Source: the human T2T-CHM13v2.0 reference genome, Homo sapiens. Taken from it: a stretch of DNA of 64,000 bases. Of this stretch, positions 45,571 to 60,467 are shown in pieces. The translations under genes were made by a program, and so were the position numbers. Where the stretch lies: assembly GCF_009914755.1 (NCBI RefSeq), contig NC_060932.1; one strand, given 5' to 3'. Below the pieces are notes generated by a model. The model had not been told where the DNA came from. It saw only the letters and a program-made list of their open reading frames with translations, and did not search any database. Within the stretch, counting starts at the first letter, position 1; every line of letters begins with the position of its first letter.

Positions 45571-46699
45571 AAATGTATCTCTGATTACTTCAGCCCTTCT
45601 ACCTTTAAAATCCCTCACTCTCCTTTCTGTATCAGTAAATGGGCTCATCTCTCAAGTCCTATCTCTCCAGCTAGATTTCAGGCCTTTTGAGGAGAATATC
45701 CTGCACTTATTTGTACCACCAAGTATCTCATGCAGTATCAAAAGTCAGCACCCAAGTCAGCAATGCAGGGGAACAGACCTCACCATTGTCCAGAACCCAA
45801 CCTGCCTCATTTTCTCCTGTTTCTCTGATCTTCATGTGCTGGTCGGTGTGCCTAGACTGACCTCTCTTATTCCACATAAAATCCTCCTGCTTGTACTTCA
45901 AAACTCATTTTAAATATCAGCAAAACCTCTCCTCACCACTTCAGCAAAGCAATCACTGACTTTTTGATTCAAATGGCATTTTCACATTCCCATAATATTG
46001 CACATATCACAGTGTTTGCAGGGCTGCCTTTTTAATATGTCTGCTTACTTCTCTAATGAGGGGCAGTCCACGTCTCACCCACTTCTAGAACCCCAATTTT
46101 TGGAACAATTTCTGTTACATATTCTCCATACATTTTTGTTGTTGAATGTTGTTGAACGCTTATGTTCTGCTTTATGTTCCTTTTATAGGTTTTCATTGAA
46201 ATAGTGATATTTTTTCTAGACTTAACATATTTTCAATGATTCTCTTAAGAGTCCCTCATTTCTCCAAGGCTATTTTTCTGATATCCATTTTCCTGAAAAC
46301 TTATGTTTGGACCATTGCATAAGAAGCTCCATTTATAGGTTAAGGGTGGTGAGTAAGAAGAAGGAAACACAGGTACTCTTTATTTATTTTTTTTTTTTTT
46401 GCTTTAGCCATAAAACTCAGAATGAATTATGGTATGAGTCTATGAGGTACAGAACAGAAAATGAACCATGTTTTCTGCGGGCACTGACTTCATCACTTCC
46501 AGCAGGTAGACGCTGAGCTGGGGCTTGCTATCTCTGGCTGAAAGGATGTCTGTGCCTCCAGGGAGAGATACACTTGCCAAGCCACTCTGCCACATCTCAG
46601 AGCCTAAAAACCCCCACATTTAGGACTAGAAGAAGACATCAAAGTCAACTTTCTAACCATCTCACAAACAGCTCCAGAAGGGAGAGAGGATGACGCTAA

Positions 46700-47068
<369 letters not shown>

Positions 47069-47544
47069 TGATGAGTGAGGCAATCTGAAGCAGAACTCAC
47101 CACACCATGTCCTCCAGTGCCTGTCCTGCTGCACCATGCTACCTACTCAGGGAAAAAGAAAAGTTTGCCACCTTCCACCCAGGACTTTCTGATAACCATG
47201 AGTCACATGATTCTCTGCACTCCCCTTATCAAAAACCTAATTGAGTTTCTTTTTTTGCAGTGTATTATTACTCCTTCAATTCTCTTTCTTCTACGCTAGA
47301 CTGCAAGTTCCTAAGAATAGAAACCATATGTGTTATTTTCTCTATTTCTAGCTCCTAACACACTGTCTGCTTCATGCAGATACTCAATAACTATTTGTTG
47401 AATTAAGGTAGGAAGGGTATATAAGCTTTTTGTTCTCTCTCACTCTTACTCTTTCTCACTTTTCCTCTCTTTAATAGAGAACTCAAACATCCTACTTAAA
47501 TACCTACCTAGAAAAATGTGTGACAGCCTGTGCATCCTAAGGAC

Positions 47545-47967
47545 GGTCCAAATCTCACCAGTTAGAACCTTATATTTAACTAGGACCAAATCTCACCAGT
47601 TAGAACCTTATATTTAACTAGAACCAAATCTCACCAGCTAGAACCTTATATTTAACTAGGACCAAATCTCACCAGTTAGAACCTTATATTTAACTAAGAC
47701 CAAATCTCACCAGCTAGAACCTTATATTTAACTAGAACCAAATCTCACCAGCTAGAACCTTATATTTAACTAGGAGCAAATCTCACCAGCTAGAACCTTA
47801 TATTTAACTAGGACCAAATCTCACCAGCTAGAACCTTATATTTAACTAGGACCAAATCTCACCAGCTAGAACCTTATATTTAACTGGGACCAAATCTCAC
47901 CAGCTAGAACCTTATATTTAACTAGGACCAAATCTCACCAGTTAGTATCTTATATTTAACTAGGACC
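47545..47967. repeat. 38-bp minisatellite, 11 full copies plus 5 bp (consensus GGACCAAATCTCACCAG(C/T)TAGAACCTTATATTTAACTA)
   Basis: Units start every 38 bp from 47545 to 47925; no indels, no spacers. Confidence 0.97.
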
Positions 47968-48393
47968 TCCACTATTATTACCTATTTACAGTTTGCCTGA
48001 GGACCTAGGAACACAGAGATACTGTTTGAAAATCAGAAGTTATCTGAGAACTTATCTAACCTTTGTGGTAACTTTTCTTCAAATGTGCCCAAAGCCCCTG
48101 GCTCCTGCCACATGATTTTTCTTTTCTCCTTTTTATGGGAAAAAAGGATATTATTAAATCAAGATCACTATTCTTAAGCAGAGTAAGTTCATAGTGCCCT
48201 TTCTCATAAAATATCTGCATATCTGAATTAAGGAAAAATGAATATCGCTCTAATTCTTTAGTGAGTTCATTTGTTTGATACACATATTTCTATATTGTTT
48301 CAGGAGAAACATGTCTCTTTGTTTTATAAATAAGCAAAAAGAAATAACTGAACATGAATTTTTCATGACCTGACAATTCCTACCCTGAGATGA

Positions 48394-48900
48394 TATGGGA
48401 GGTAGAATTATTACCCCTAAAGCTTTCTATGTCCTAATCCCTAGAATCTGTGGATAATATTACCTTACAAGGCAAAAAGGGTTTTGTACATGTGATTAAC
48501 GTTAAGAGATTTGAGATGGAGAGAATATACTGGATTCTTCAGGTCGGCATAATCCAATCACATGAATCTTTAAAAGCTAAGACCCTTTCCTGGATGTGGT
48601 CAGAGGAAGATGTAACTAAGGATAATGGTCAGAGAAATGCAATGCTGCTGACTTTAAAGATGGAGAAAAGGTCATGAACCAGGGAATGTAGGTGGCTTCC
48701 AGAAGCTGGAAAAGCAAAACAATGTATTTTCCCTGAAAGCCTCCAGAAAGGCATATAGTCCTGCTGACACCGGGATTTTAGCCCAGTGAGATTTATATCA
48801 GAGTGGGAGATACCTAAAGAACTATTAGGTAATATACTTGTTTCATTTTAAACTATTAAGTTCGTGGTAATTTGTTACAGCAGTAAATAGAAAACAAGAG
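48394..48900 (+). mobile_element. MLT1D-like solo LTR
   Basis: gtcctaatccctagaatctgtgga, agaagctggaaaagcaaa, ggtaatttgttacagcagtaaatagaaaac. Confidence 0.8.
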
Positions 48901-51181
48901 AGTAATGAAAAGAGCCAACAGAGCTCTTGTCGGTGCAGGGAGGTTAGGGCAGCCTGATTCAGTGTGTAGCTCCTTGGCTGTTAGGCCAGGGATAAGCCCT
49001 CTGTTCAGCCCCTGATCACCAAGCTTGGGCCAAGAACCACTATAGTGTGTCAAGATGCTCATCTCCAGACAAAAGGCTGAATGTGGGGGGTGTGGGGGGA
49101 TCTGATTAAGTATAATATCATGGAACAGGGAGTCCCCTTACCTCTCTGTCTCTACTACCTAGTTTAGTGCCAGTAGCCATAGAGAAATGCTTCAGTGAAT
49201 GAGAGCTATGTGAACACTATAGTTGACCTGTAATAAGTGGAATATAAAACTCTTGGACTGATCTTTTTGGGGTGATGTATTCAAAAATTGTGTTTTTTAA
49301 AAAATAAGAAAAGTATTAAAAAAAAAAGTCCTTCGCACTAGTTTAACTTATTTTAGAAGTCAATGAATTGAAACTTCGAGAAGTTAGGAGATTTGCTTGG
49401 GGCCATCTAGCAAACTGGGGAACAAATGTCACAATACAATCCCCTGAGCCCTTGACCACTGCTGCCTGTATTGTATCAACCCGCAGTAAAACTGCCAAAT
49501 CCATTAAAGAGGTAGACCAACTTTTATAGCCTGGAAAATATTTAGAACATAAGCTAGTAATTTCAACACAACAGTCTATGTAATAAACACTGTATGTGAT
49601 GTTGGCTTGCAAACATTTTAGACACATTCATGGGTGGGCAATCCATGCTGTGTCATCCCATTGTCCACTCCCCATAAGAACAGGGTCCTTTTGTAGGGAG
49701 GGGACAACTATAACCATACATGAGTAGCAAACCCATACACAATCACAACATAATATCTTGGAAAAGTAGGGTACTGAAATTCAGTTGATATTATATGGAT
49801 GTTATAAAGAACAAAGGCTTGAAATTTGGAAGAAGCAACATTGCAATCTAGACATGGGAACATTAAGAGAGTCATAGCCCGGAACTTGGCCTCTTGGACC
49901 CTGAGTTTGCTCATTACAATACAGGGATAATAGTGCATGCTTTGCAAAGTGGTCAATTAGAAGGATGTATTCATTCATTAAATCATCAAATAATATTAGA
50001 TAAATGCACAGAATGTCATACAATCAGGGGTCAATTTTTTAAAAATGTTTCTCGCCTTTCCCCAGCTCTTTATAAATTTTTCCCTAACATATGAAATGAA
50101 AGCTTGATAATAAAAAAAAAAAGCTTGTTGTATGAAAAATGGTTTGTATATGATCTGTGTAAATTGCAATGATCAGTTGCCCCAACTCCAAGGAGATGGG
50201 CTGGATGGAGGCTTGCACAAGGTCTTAGCCAGCTCCAAACATTCTGTCTCACCTGCAACGTTTTCCAGGGCTGGTTTACTGGGGGCTTCACTTCCTTTCC
50301 TGAAAAAAAAAAAAAAAATCCTGTTCCTCATGATTGTGGACTCACAGCTCCATCTCATGGATATCCTTGGACTTCCTTTCTAATTTCTTTTCCATACTAG
50401 AAAGTTCAACATATTAAATACTATCTCTCAGCACAGAGGATACAAAAACCACAAACTTCCTTTCTGACTTTAAGAAGAAAATGCCTCGTTGGAGAAATGT
50501 ACACATCCAAAACTAACTGAAATCTAAGGAAAATCCTAGCGTATCTGCCTGACAAGCTTCCAGGAAAGTGCTTCCAGTCAAGGCGGAGGGCATGGCCGGA
50601 AGAAGGCCTCATGGAGGAGGTGGCAGATCATGATAATAACAGGCATTATGCATTGAGCACTGCTCTGGGCTGGCCTTCTAGATGCTTTTGTGCATTTACT
50701 CTCATAATCCTCATAAAAACACTGTGAGCATGTAGGGAAAGCCGACCTTCGAATCTAGGTGGCCTTGCTCCCAAATTCACTCTCAGTTACGAATGCTGGT
50801 TACTACTAGCTGAATAATAGTTTGCATTTCAAATTAAAGATTAAAAGTGCCAGAGACAGGCTAAAATCCAAATTCCTTAACTACAAATTCTCTGATTCCT
50901 ATAAAGGAAACAACTTTCACTCAACAGAACCTTGTCCAATGAACAGGATTTTTAAGGCAGCAGCCTTTGAATGAGCGGGGCAGTTGGTGTCTGCATGGGT
51001 GGGTTTTCCAGGGAAGGAAGTGATGTGGGCTAAGTACAGCTGTGGGAGAAAGGGCGACTGAGAGAAAGGGGAACTGTCGGGAAAAGGGTGGTTGTGCCTC
51101 CAGATCTCATGGAGAGACAAGCAAAGGGGAGTGGGTGGCATGTTTTGCAGAAGGGTGAATCTCAAACTACACAGGGAATGA

Positions 51182-51571
<390 letters not shown>

Positions 51572-51599
51572 CTAGGACAAGTCACATTTTTGAACTGGG

Positions 51600-52320
51600 C
51601 ATTGTGCCGCCAATCTCAGATGACAACTTTTTGATGTAGGGACTATTTTGGCGTGTCCCACACACAGCATCAAGGGAGGGGGGTACAAGAAGAAGCAGAG
51701 TGAGACCAGAGTGGAGTGGGAGCCAAAACAGGTGGGCGTCTGTGCAGAAAGGTAAGAGTTTTAATCTGAATGTCATAAAAAGCCAGGGTAGGGTTTGGGG
51801 CAGGGGAGTGACATGGTAGGATGAATGTTTTCTAAAGGATTTCACATAGGTCAATGGGCAGGAATGTCACAAATACCGTGAAGTGGGGGGAAAACCAGAT
51901 ACTAAAGATCTCACACTGCATTCCATTTATACAAAGTAGAAAAGTGGGCAAAACTCTCCTGTGCTGTGAGAGGTCAGGCAATGGTTGATGTTAAGAGGGG
52001 CTGTGTCTGGCAGGGAGTAGGAGGAAGCCTGAGGATGGTGGGACAGGGTCTGATTCTTCATCTGGAGCTGGTTACTGGGGGTGCTCAAGTTGTAAAAGTT
52101 TATCAAGCCGTATGCTTATTGTATGCACACTTCTCTGCATGCATGCTTTATGCTAGTAAAAATTTTCAAGGGAAATATTCCAGTAGATCCTGTGTGGGTA
52201 AGGGACAGCAGAGGAATGAGACCAGTTAAGAGGAAAACTCAGCCATCCCGGTGAGAGACAATGGGGGCTGGGACTAGGATAACCGAGTGAAGGTGGCAAG
52301 AAGTTGTCAAATTCATTCTC
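51600..52320. mobile_element. L2 (-) interrupted by an L1MC/ME 3' fragment (+, ~51860-52170)
   Basis: cattccatttatacaaagtagaaaagtgggcaaaact (L1M); cagccatcccggtgagagacaatgggggctgggactagg (L2). Confidence 0.55.
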
Positions 52321-52544
52321 CATATCTGTGTCATCATCATCTACTCAAAGCCACTATTCTCTCTCCTCCCAGCCTGTCCTTCAACCTCCATGCCTTCCCC
52401 CTCCATAACCCAGCCCCTTCCGCAGCCACTGACCCTCTGAGTAGAGAATGCTCTATGCTCTTACCCATATAAGCAGGGCCAGTAGCTCCAGGCTCTCCTT
52501 ACTCTCCTTCCCTCTGTTGCTGCAGCCACCCTGGATTTCGTGAG

Positions 52545-52894
52545 AATAAGTTTATAAAGAAGTTACAATAAACTAAGGTTAATGTACTATTGAAGGAAGA
52601 AACAAAACTATAAATTTAGTGTGGCCTAAGTGTACAGTGTTTCTAGAGTCTACAGTAGTGTACAAGCATGTCCTAGGCCTTTGCATTCACTTGCTTCACA
52701 CCCAGAGCAATTCCAAGTCCTGCCAGCTCCAGACACGGTAGATGCCTGTAGGCTACATCATATAGCCTAGGTGTGTAGTAGGTTATACTCTCTAGGTTTG
52801 CATAAGTATACTGACACTATAATGTTCTTACAACAAAATCACTTAAGGACACGTTTTGCTGAGCATATTCTCATTGTTAAGTGATGTATGACTG
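52545..52894. mobile_element. Tigger3 partial copy
   Basis: tagtgtggcctaagtgtacagtgttt, gtcctaggcctttgcattcac; terminus gttaagtgatgtatgactg followed by TA. Confidence 0.8.
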
Positions 52895-53689
52895 TATAGG
52901 TAACAATATTTAACCTTCCCAGCTGGGAGTGCTTTGATATCTTTTATTCTCATTTTAATCCACTCCTTTTGGTGCCATGACATCCTAGTCTGTTGCATTA
53001 AAAGCAGTGTTTTCAAACTCACTAAAACATATTAGACACTGATGTCTTTCTGCTCATAATTTGAAACATCCGGCTGAACTCAATGCCCATATGCTTTATG
53101 AACCTACCCATCAGCAGGAGAGATTGAAAACAGCCTGCCAAGTGCTCCCTCGCTACCCCACTCCCACTTTCAGAATAAATTGCTTCAGCCATTCAGAGTT
53201 TTGACATATTTATAAGGTAGCGGAGAAACACTCAATGTTATCCAGCCTCTATTCTATTTAAGCATATTTTTTTCTCCAACAATGACTTTTCACTAATTTT
53301 AACATGAATACAACGAGGAGAAACATTGCATAAGCACTGATTCTACAGGACTCTATGCATGTACTGGGGCAGTTTCTTTTCTTCTTTTTTTTAAATAATT
53401 CAACAGTAAATTTTCAAGACATATAATTATTAGGTCTTCATTATATGATTTATCTGTCAGCATATCTCAAAATATATTCTGTGAGGTACTAGATTTGCAA
53501 TACATATACATACATCATAAGAAATACAAGCCTCCAGGTCAAATTGCTTTGGGAAACTATGGGCTAAATAATGTTAAAGAAGTTTTTTGGCTGCACAATT
53601 TCTTAGAGCTTTGAATAAACTACATATAAGTTCAAATATATGATATCTTCCCTACATTTGAATCTATTTCTAACTTGATATCTCTATGG

Positions 53690-54313
53690 AATATTTAATA
53701 AACAGCTCGAGCCTAACATGTGCAAACGTGCTTTTTGGTTCTTTTTTCTCAGATTCTTGATCCTCTTGTTGACTTCTTCCTAACTGGAAACATTTTCCAG
53801 TTGTGGAGGCCAAAATCTTTGTTTTACCCTCGATTCACCTTGTTTTGAAATATAAACAGAAATAATCCTCAGATTCTGCCTTTTCAGGCATTCTAAATAA
53901 ATCCGCAATCTCTGCTCACCCCAACTAAACTGGTCCAAATCACCATGATTTCTAACTCGCATTATTATAACTTCTAAATAGTCCCCCTGCTTCTAGTCTT
54001 GATCCAATTCTAGAGGTTCTCTATTATGCGACTTAGAGTGGATCTTTTAAAAGTGTAAGTCAGACTGTAACCTTTCTTATCTGATCAAAATCTTCCACTG
54101 GCTTCTTTTTGTATTTGGAAGAAAATTACAAATCCTTACCATCGGCTTCAAGGAATAATATCACATGGCTCTTGGCTACCTCTCCCACTTTCTTTCCACC
54201 TGCCCCTCATCCCCACCTCAGCTATTCTTCTTTTCTCTCACTCATGTATGCCAACTACTCGTCTACCCCCATGGACTTTTGTATCTGCTTTAACCTATGC
54301 CTGCCATGTTCTT

Positions 54314-54315
<2 letters not shown>
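53690..54315 (+). mobile_element. L2 fragment
   Basis: ctggtccaaatcaccatgatttct, gatcaaaatcttccactggcttc, aaatccttacca. Confidence 0.65.
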
Positions 54316-55060
<745 letters not shown>

Positions 55061-55830
55061 AGCCTCCTTTCTTAAGAAATACTTTAGATTACCAGGGTAT
55101 TTTCACTGTGAGATAAGTCATCTGGAAATAAGTCCATGCTGACCGTTGACCGTTCTGTCCTCTCTCAGACTGTGGGCATAGTCAGAATAAGCCTTTGACA
55201 GCATCAGAGGCTGGAGGGTGGAAGGATTGGAGAAGCAGAAGCAGAAGGGAAAGGAAAGGGAGCAGAAAGGAGGAAGGAGGAAGAAAAAAAGAAAAGAAGA
55301 AGAAGATATTTGGATTTTAGTTGTCTCAAAAGTAGAGCTTTTTAAGGCTAAATGATATTCCATTAGGTGTGTGTGTACCTCACATTTTTCTTTATCTATT
55401 CACCTACTGCAGACACTAAGATTGTGCATAATGCGAGCATGAAAGCACAGATACCTCTTTGAGGCACTGATTTTATTTCCTTTGGTTATATACCCAGAAG
55501 TGGGATTGCTGGATCCTATGGTAGTTCCATTTCTAACTTTTTGGGGAGAATCTCCATAATATTTTCTATAATGAATCTATTGATTTACATTCCCACCAAC
55601 AATATACAAGGGTTCCCTTTTCTCCACTTCCTCGCTAACACGTGTCATTTTTCACTTTTTTGGTAATAGCCACTGTAACAGGTGTGAGGTGATATCTTAT
55701 AAGTAGAACGGTGGTTACCAGGGTGGAGGGAGAAATGAAGAGATATTGATTGAAGGGCACAAAGTTGCAGTTACATATAATGGAAAGTTCTAGAGATACA
55801 GTTGTAGAGCATGATGACTATAGTTAATAA

Positions 55831-57032
55831 TAGTCACATGTTACATAATGACAGGGATATGTTCTGAGAAATGCATCCTTAGACAGTTCTGTCATTGTAC
55901 AAACATAGAGTAAATTTACACAAACCTAGATGGTATAACCTACCATATATCTAAGCAACAAACCTATACAGCATGTCACTATACTGAATGAATACTGTAG
56001 GCAATTATACCAAAATAGTATGCATTTATGTCTCTAAACATAGAAAACATACAGTAAAAATGTGGTAGAAAAGATTTAAAATGATGTACCTGTACAAGGT
56101 GTTAACCATGAATGGAGCTTGCAGGACTGGAAGTTGCTCTGGGTGAGTCACTGAGTGAGTGGTGAGTGATTGTGCAGGCCTAGGACATTACTGTGCACCA
56201 CCGCAGACTTCAGAAACATGGTACACTTAGGCTACACTCAATGTATTAACAAACAGTTTTCATTTTGCATACTAAATTAACCTTAGCTTACTGTAATTTT
56301 TTTCTTTATAAATTTGTTTTAAATTTTTTTACTCTTTTGTAGCAGCATTTAGCTGACAACGCAAACATTGTACAGCTGTACAAAAATATTTTGTTGATTT
56401 CCTCATTCTGTATGCTTTCTTTCGTTTTTATTTCTTCAAGTTTTTTTTTTTGTTTTTTTTTTTTACTTTTTAAACTCTTTTGTTAAAAACTAAGACACAA
56501 ACACACACTAACCTAGGCCCACAGTCTCAGAACCATCCACATCACTGTTCTCCGCCTTCACATCTTGTCCCATTGGAAGTTCCTCAGGGGCAATAGCATG
56601 CATGGAGCTGTCATCTGTTAGATAACAATGTCCTCCTCTGGATACTTCCTGAAGGACCCATCTGTGGCTGTTTTACAGTTACCTTTTTCTCTTTAAGAAG
56701 TAGAAAGAGTATACTCTAAAATAATGACAAGTATAATAAACACACAAACTAGCAACATAGTTGTTTATTGTCATTATCAAGTATTACGTACTGTACACAC
56801 TTGTATGGGCTATACTTTTATAAGACTTTTATACTTTTATAAAACAAACCTGCTGCACCAGGTTTGGTTATACCAGCATCACCACAAACATATGAGTAAT
56901 GTGTCATGCTACAACTTAAGATGGCTATGATGTCACTAGCTGATGGGAATTTTTAGCTCCATGACAATCTTATGGGACCAGAGTCATATACACAGCCCAT
57001 CATTGCCCAAAATATGATGCAGCACAGGACTG
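55831..57032. mobile_element. Tigger3b, near full length (~1.2 kb)
   Basis: Both degenerate termini (tagtcacatg ... caggactg) and internal ggactggaagttgctctgggtgagtca. Confidence 0.85.
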
Positions 57033-57157
57033 TGCTATATTGTATATTGGAAACGCCCTGAAAGTGTAGATTTCAGGAGCTCTCAACACACCCAAACATG
57101 CACAAACATGGTAGCTTTGTGAGGAGATGAATATGTCAATTAACTTGCCTGTAGTAA

Positions 57158-57473
<316 letters not shown>

Positions 57474-57579
57474 AGCCTGTAGTAATTGTTTTGCTGTGTA
57501 TACCTATAACAAAACATCAGCTTGTACGCCTTAAATGGATACAGTTTTTATTTACAATAAATAAGCAAATATTTTAAAA

Positions 57580-57772
57580 TTTCTTTATCACTATTTTCAT
57601 TGCTGCATAATAGACGTACACACTTTCAGGATACATGTGATATTTTGATACCTTCATATAATGTGTAAAGATCAAATCTGGGTAATTTGGATATCCATCA
57701 ACTTCAATATTTATCTTTTCTTTATGCTAGGAACATTCAAGTGATTCTCTTCTAGCTATTTTAAAATGTAAA
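57580..57772 (-). mobile_element. L1MA 3' end fragment
   Basis: tacatgtgatattttgatac...gatcaaatctgggtaatttggatatccatca. Confidence 0.75.
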
Positions 57773-57970
57773 TTTTTAAAAACTACAACGGGGAAGCAAG
57801 AAAGGGTGGGAGAACAAGGGAAACAGAGGAGGAAGACGGGAGAAGTTTTGGAGGGAATGTGGGCGGTGATGGTAAAATAAAAGTACACGAGATGAGACAA
57901 GGGCGCAGGAGGAGTAAGTTACAAAGGAAGAGGACATGAAAGGACAGAAGATGGAGGAGACGGAGGGATG

Positions 57971-60415
57971 CAAACAGTTCTACGACTCACTACAATCTTC
58001 ATCCATGAAAAGAAAAATTGATAAATTATACCTCATCAAAATGAGGTAAAAAAATGAAAATTGGGGTAAATATTTGCAAGCCACTTTTTCACCAAGTGAC
58101 CAGTATCTACAATGTAGAAAAAAGATCTCAAAACTTTAAAACAGTAAAATGAATAAATATATAACTTTTATTCAATATATTACTGGGAATTCCAGTCAAC
58201 AAAATAAGAAAAGAGAAATAAATAAGAAAAGGCAGATTGAAAAGGCAAAAATAAAAAAAAATGTTCCAATTTGCAGATGGGTTCAACAAGGTTGCAGGAT
58301 TCAAGATCAATGCATAAAAATCAATTTTATGTCTATATATGAATAATACAAACATAGAGACTGATGTTTCTATGTTAAAAGATAAAATAACATTTACAAT
58401 TTTTCCAAAGAAAATAAAATACTTAGGTATACACTTAACAAAAAAGTATGTATGTTGAAAATTACAAATTGTTGATTAAAGACTTTTTTAAAAGATCTAA
58501 GTAAATAGGGAGCTATATATCAAATATAGATTAGGAGAGTAAATAGAAATTCATGAAGTGGAAGTGTTAAACTAGTAAAGATTATTTAAAAATTGATGTA
58601 TAAATTTAATGCAATTCTTATCAAAACCTCAGCAAGATTTTATTACAGACCTAAAAAGCTTAATATAAAACTTGTGTGGAAAGGAGTGAGCCCTAAAATA
58701 GCTAGAACAGTCTGACAAAGAATGTAGGAGTAATCACTTATCTGATATTAAGGTTTACTATTTACATGCAGTAATTGAGACAGCGGAGTGTTGGTAGAGG
58801 CATGGATGGATAGCCTAATGGAACAGAATAGAGAACCCAGAAATAGACCCAAATAAATAAACTCAACAGGTTTTTTTACAAAGGTGCAAAAGCAAGTCAA
58901 TAAGAAATGTTTAACCAATAGATCTGGGGCAGTTGATCATCCATTCAATCCAAGCAAGAAAGTGAACCCTGACCTTAAACCTCTCACCTCACACAAGCAC
59001 TAACTTAAAACCAATCATGTTCTCCAAAGTGAGACATAGAAATATAGTAAATATTATGCTATATAAAATATAATAAATATTATATCATATAAATATATAA
59101 TAAATCATAGAAGAGAATTTTTAGGTTCTTAGGCTAGGCAAACAGTTCTTAGACTTGATACTATAAGCTTGACCCACAAAAGGAAAAATTGATAAATTAC
59201 ACCTCATCAAAATGAGGGTAAAAAAAAACCCCTGAAAACTGGGGGTAATTACTTGCAAACCATTTTTCCAACTAAAGACTAGTATCTACAATGCGGAAAA
59301 GAGATCTCAAAACTTAAAAAAAAATAAAATAAAATGAATAAACAAACATTCCAATTAGAAAATGGGCAAAGGACAATAACAGGCATTTTCCTGAGAGGAT
59401 AAACAGAGGGCAAATAAGTGCATATAAAGAATTTCAACACCATTAGCTACGAGAGAAATACAAATTAAAATCATGATGAGCTATCACTACAGACCTATCT
59501 GAATGGCTAAAATTATTGTTTTAAGTAAAAATACCAAATGCTGGCAAGGATGCAGAGAAACTGAATCACTCATGCCTTGCTGATGAAAATGCAAAATGGC
59601 TAGAATACAGCTTGGCAATTTTCTATAGAACAAAACACAATTTCCATCCCACTCAATCAACTGTGCTCTTCTAGAAAACGAAAGCATATGTTCACACAGA
59701 AACCTAGACATGATTGCTCATAGCTGCTTTATTATTAATAATCAAAACCAAGAAACAGCCCGTGTCCTTCAGCGGGTGAATGATTAAACAAACCATGGTA
59801 CATACATACCTTGAAATTCTAGTTCTCTCTATAAAAAAAAAAAAAACTATTGATACATGCAAAAACTTGGATAAAACTTCAGGAATTTACGTTTAGTGAA
59901 AAAAAATCAATACATCCCAAACTGAATGATTTTGTTTATGTAATTTTTTACATAAATGAAAATATTAGTGGTGGCCAGGATTTAGGGATGAGTGAACAGG
60001 TGGGTAGAGGAAAACAGGTGTGGTCATCAAGGGAAAACGAAGAATTCTTGTGATAACTGAGCAGTTCTGTATTTTTACTGTGGTGGTGAATACATGCTCC
60101 TACACAGGTGGCACAACTCTATGGTACTACACACACACATGCACACACATAGACCTATAAATAAATAGTACAAGTAAAATGGGTGATATCTGAATAAGAT
60201 TAATGGACTGTATCAGCGTCATGGCTATGACGGTGTACTTTTGTTTTAAAAGATGTTACCACTGGAGGGAGCTGAATCATGGCTATGATATGGCACTATA
60301 GTTTTACAAGATGTTACCATTGACGGAAGCCGAATAAAGGGTAGATAGGGTATCTTTGCATTATTTCTTAAAACTACATAGGAGTCCACATTGATAAAAA
60401 ATTTAATGAAAAAAT
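57971..60415 (+). mobile_element. L1MC-like ORF2 3' half and 3'UTR, degraded, with internal duplications
   Basis: aatggaacagaatagagaacccagaaatagaccc, aattagaaaatgggcaaagga, gatgttaccattgacggaag. Confidence 0.8.
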
Positions 60416-60467
60416 GGAAATTTCCTAAACCAACCTGTTCTGAAACTCCTATTCGAAAATGTATATG

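Noticed and set aside
47545-47967. CRISPR-like array (repeat length 38 bp)
   Set aside because: The units are head-to-tail with no unique spacers, there are no cas genes, and the context is eukaryotic. It is a minisatellite.
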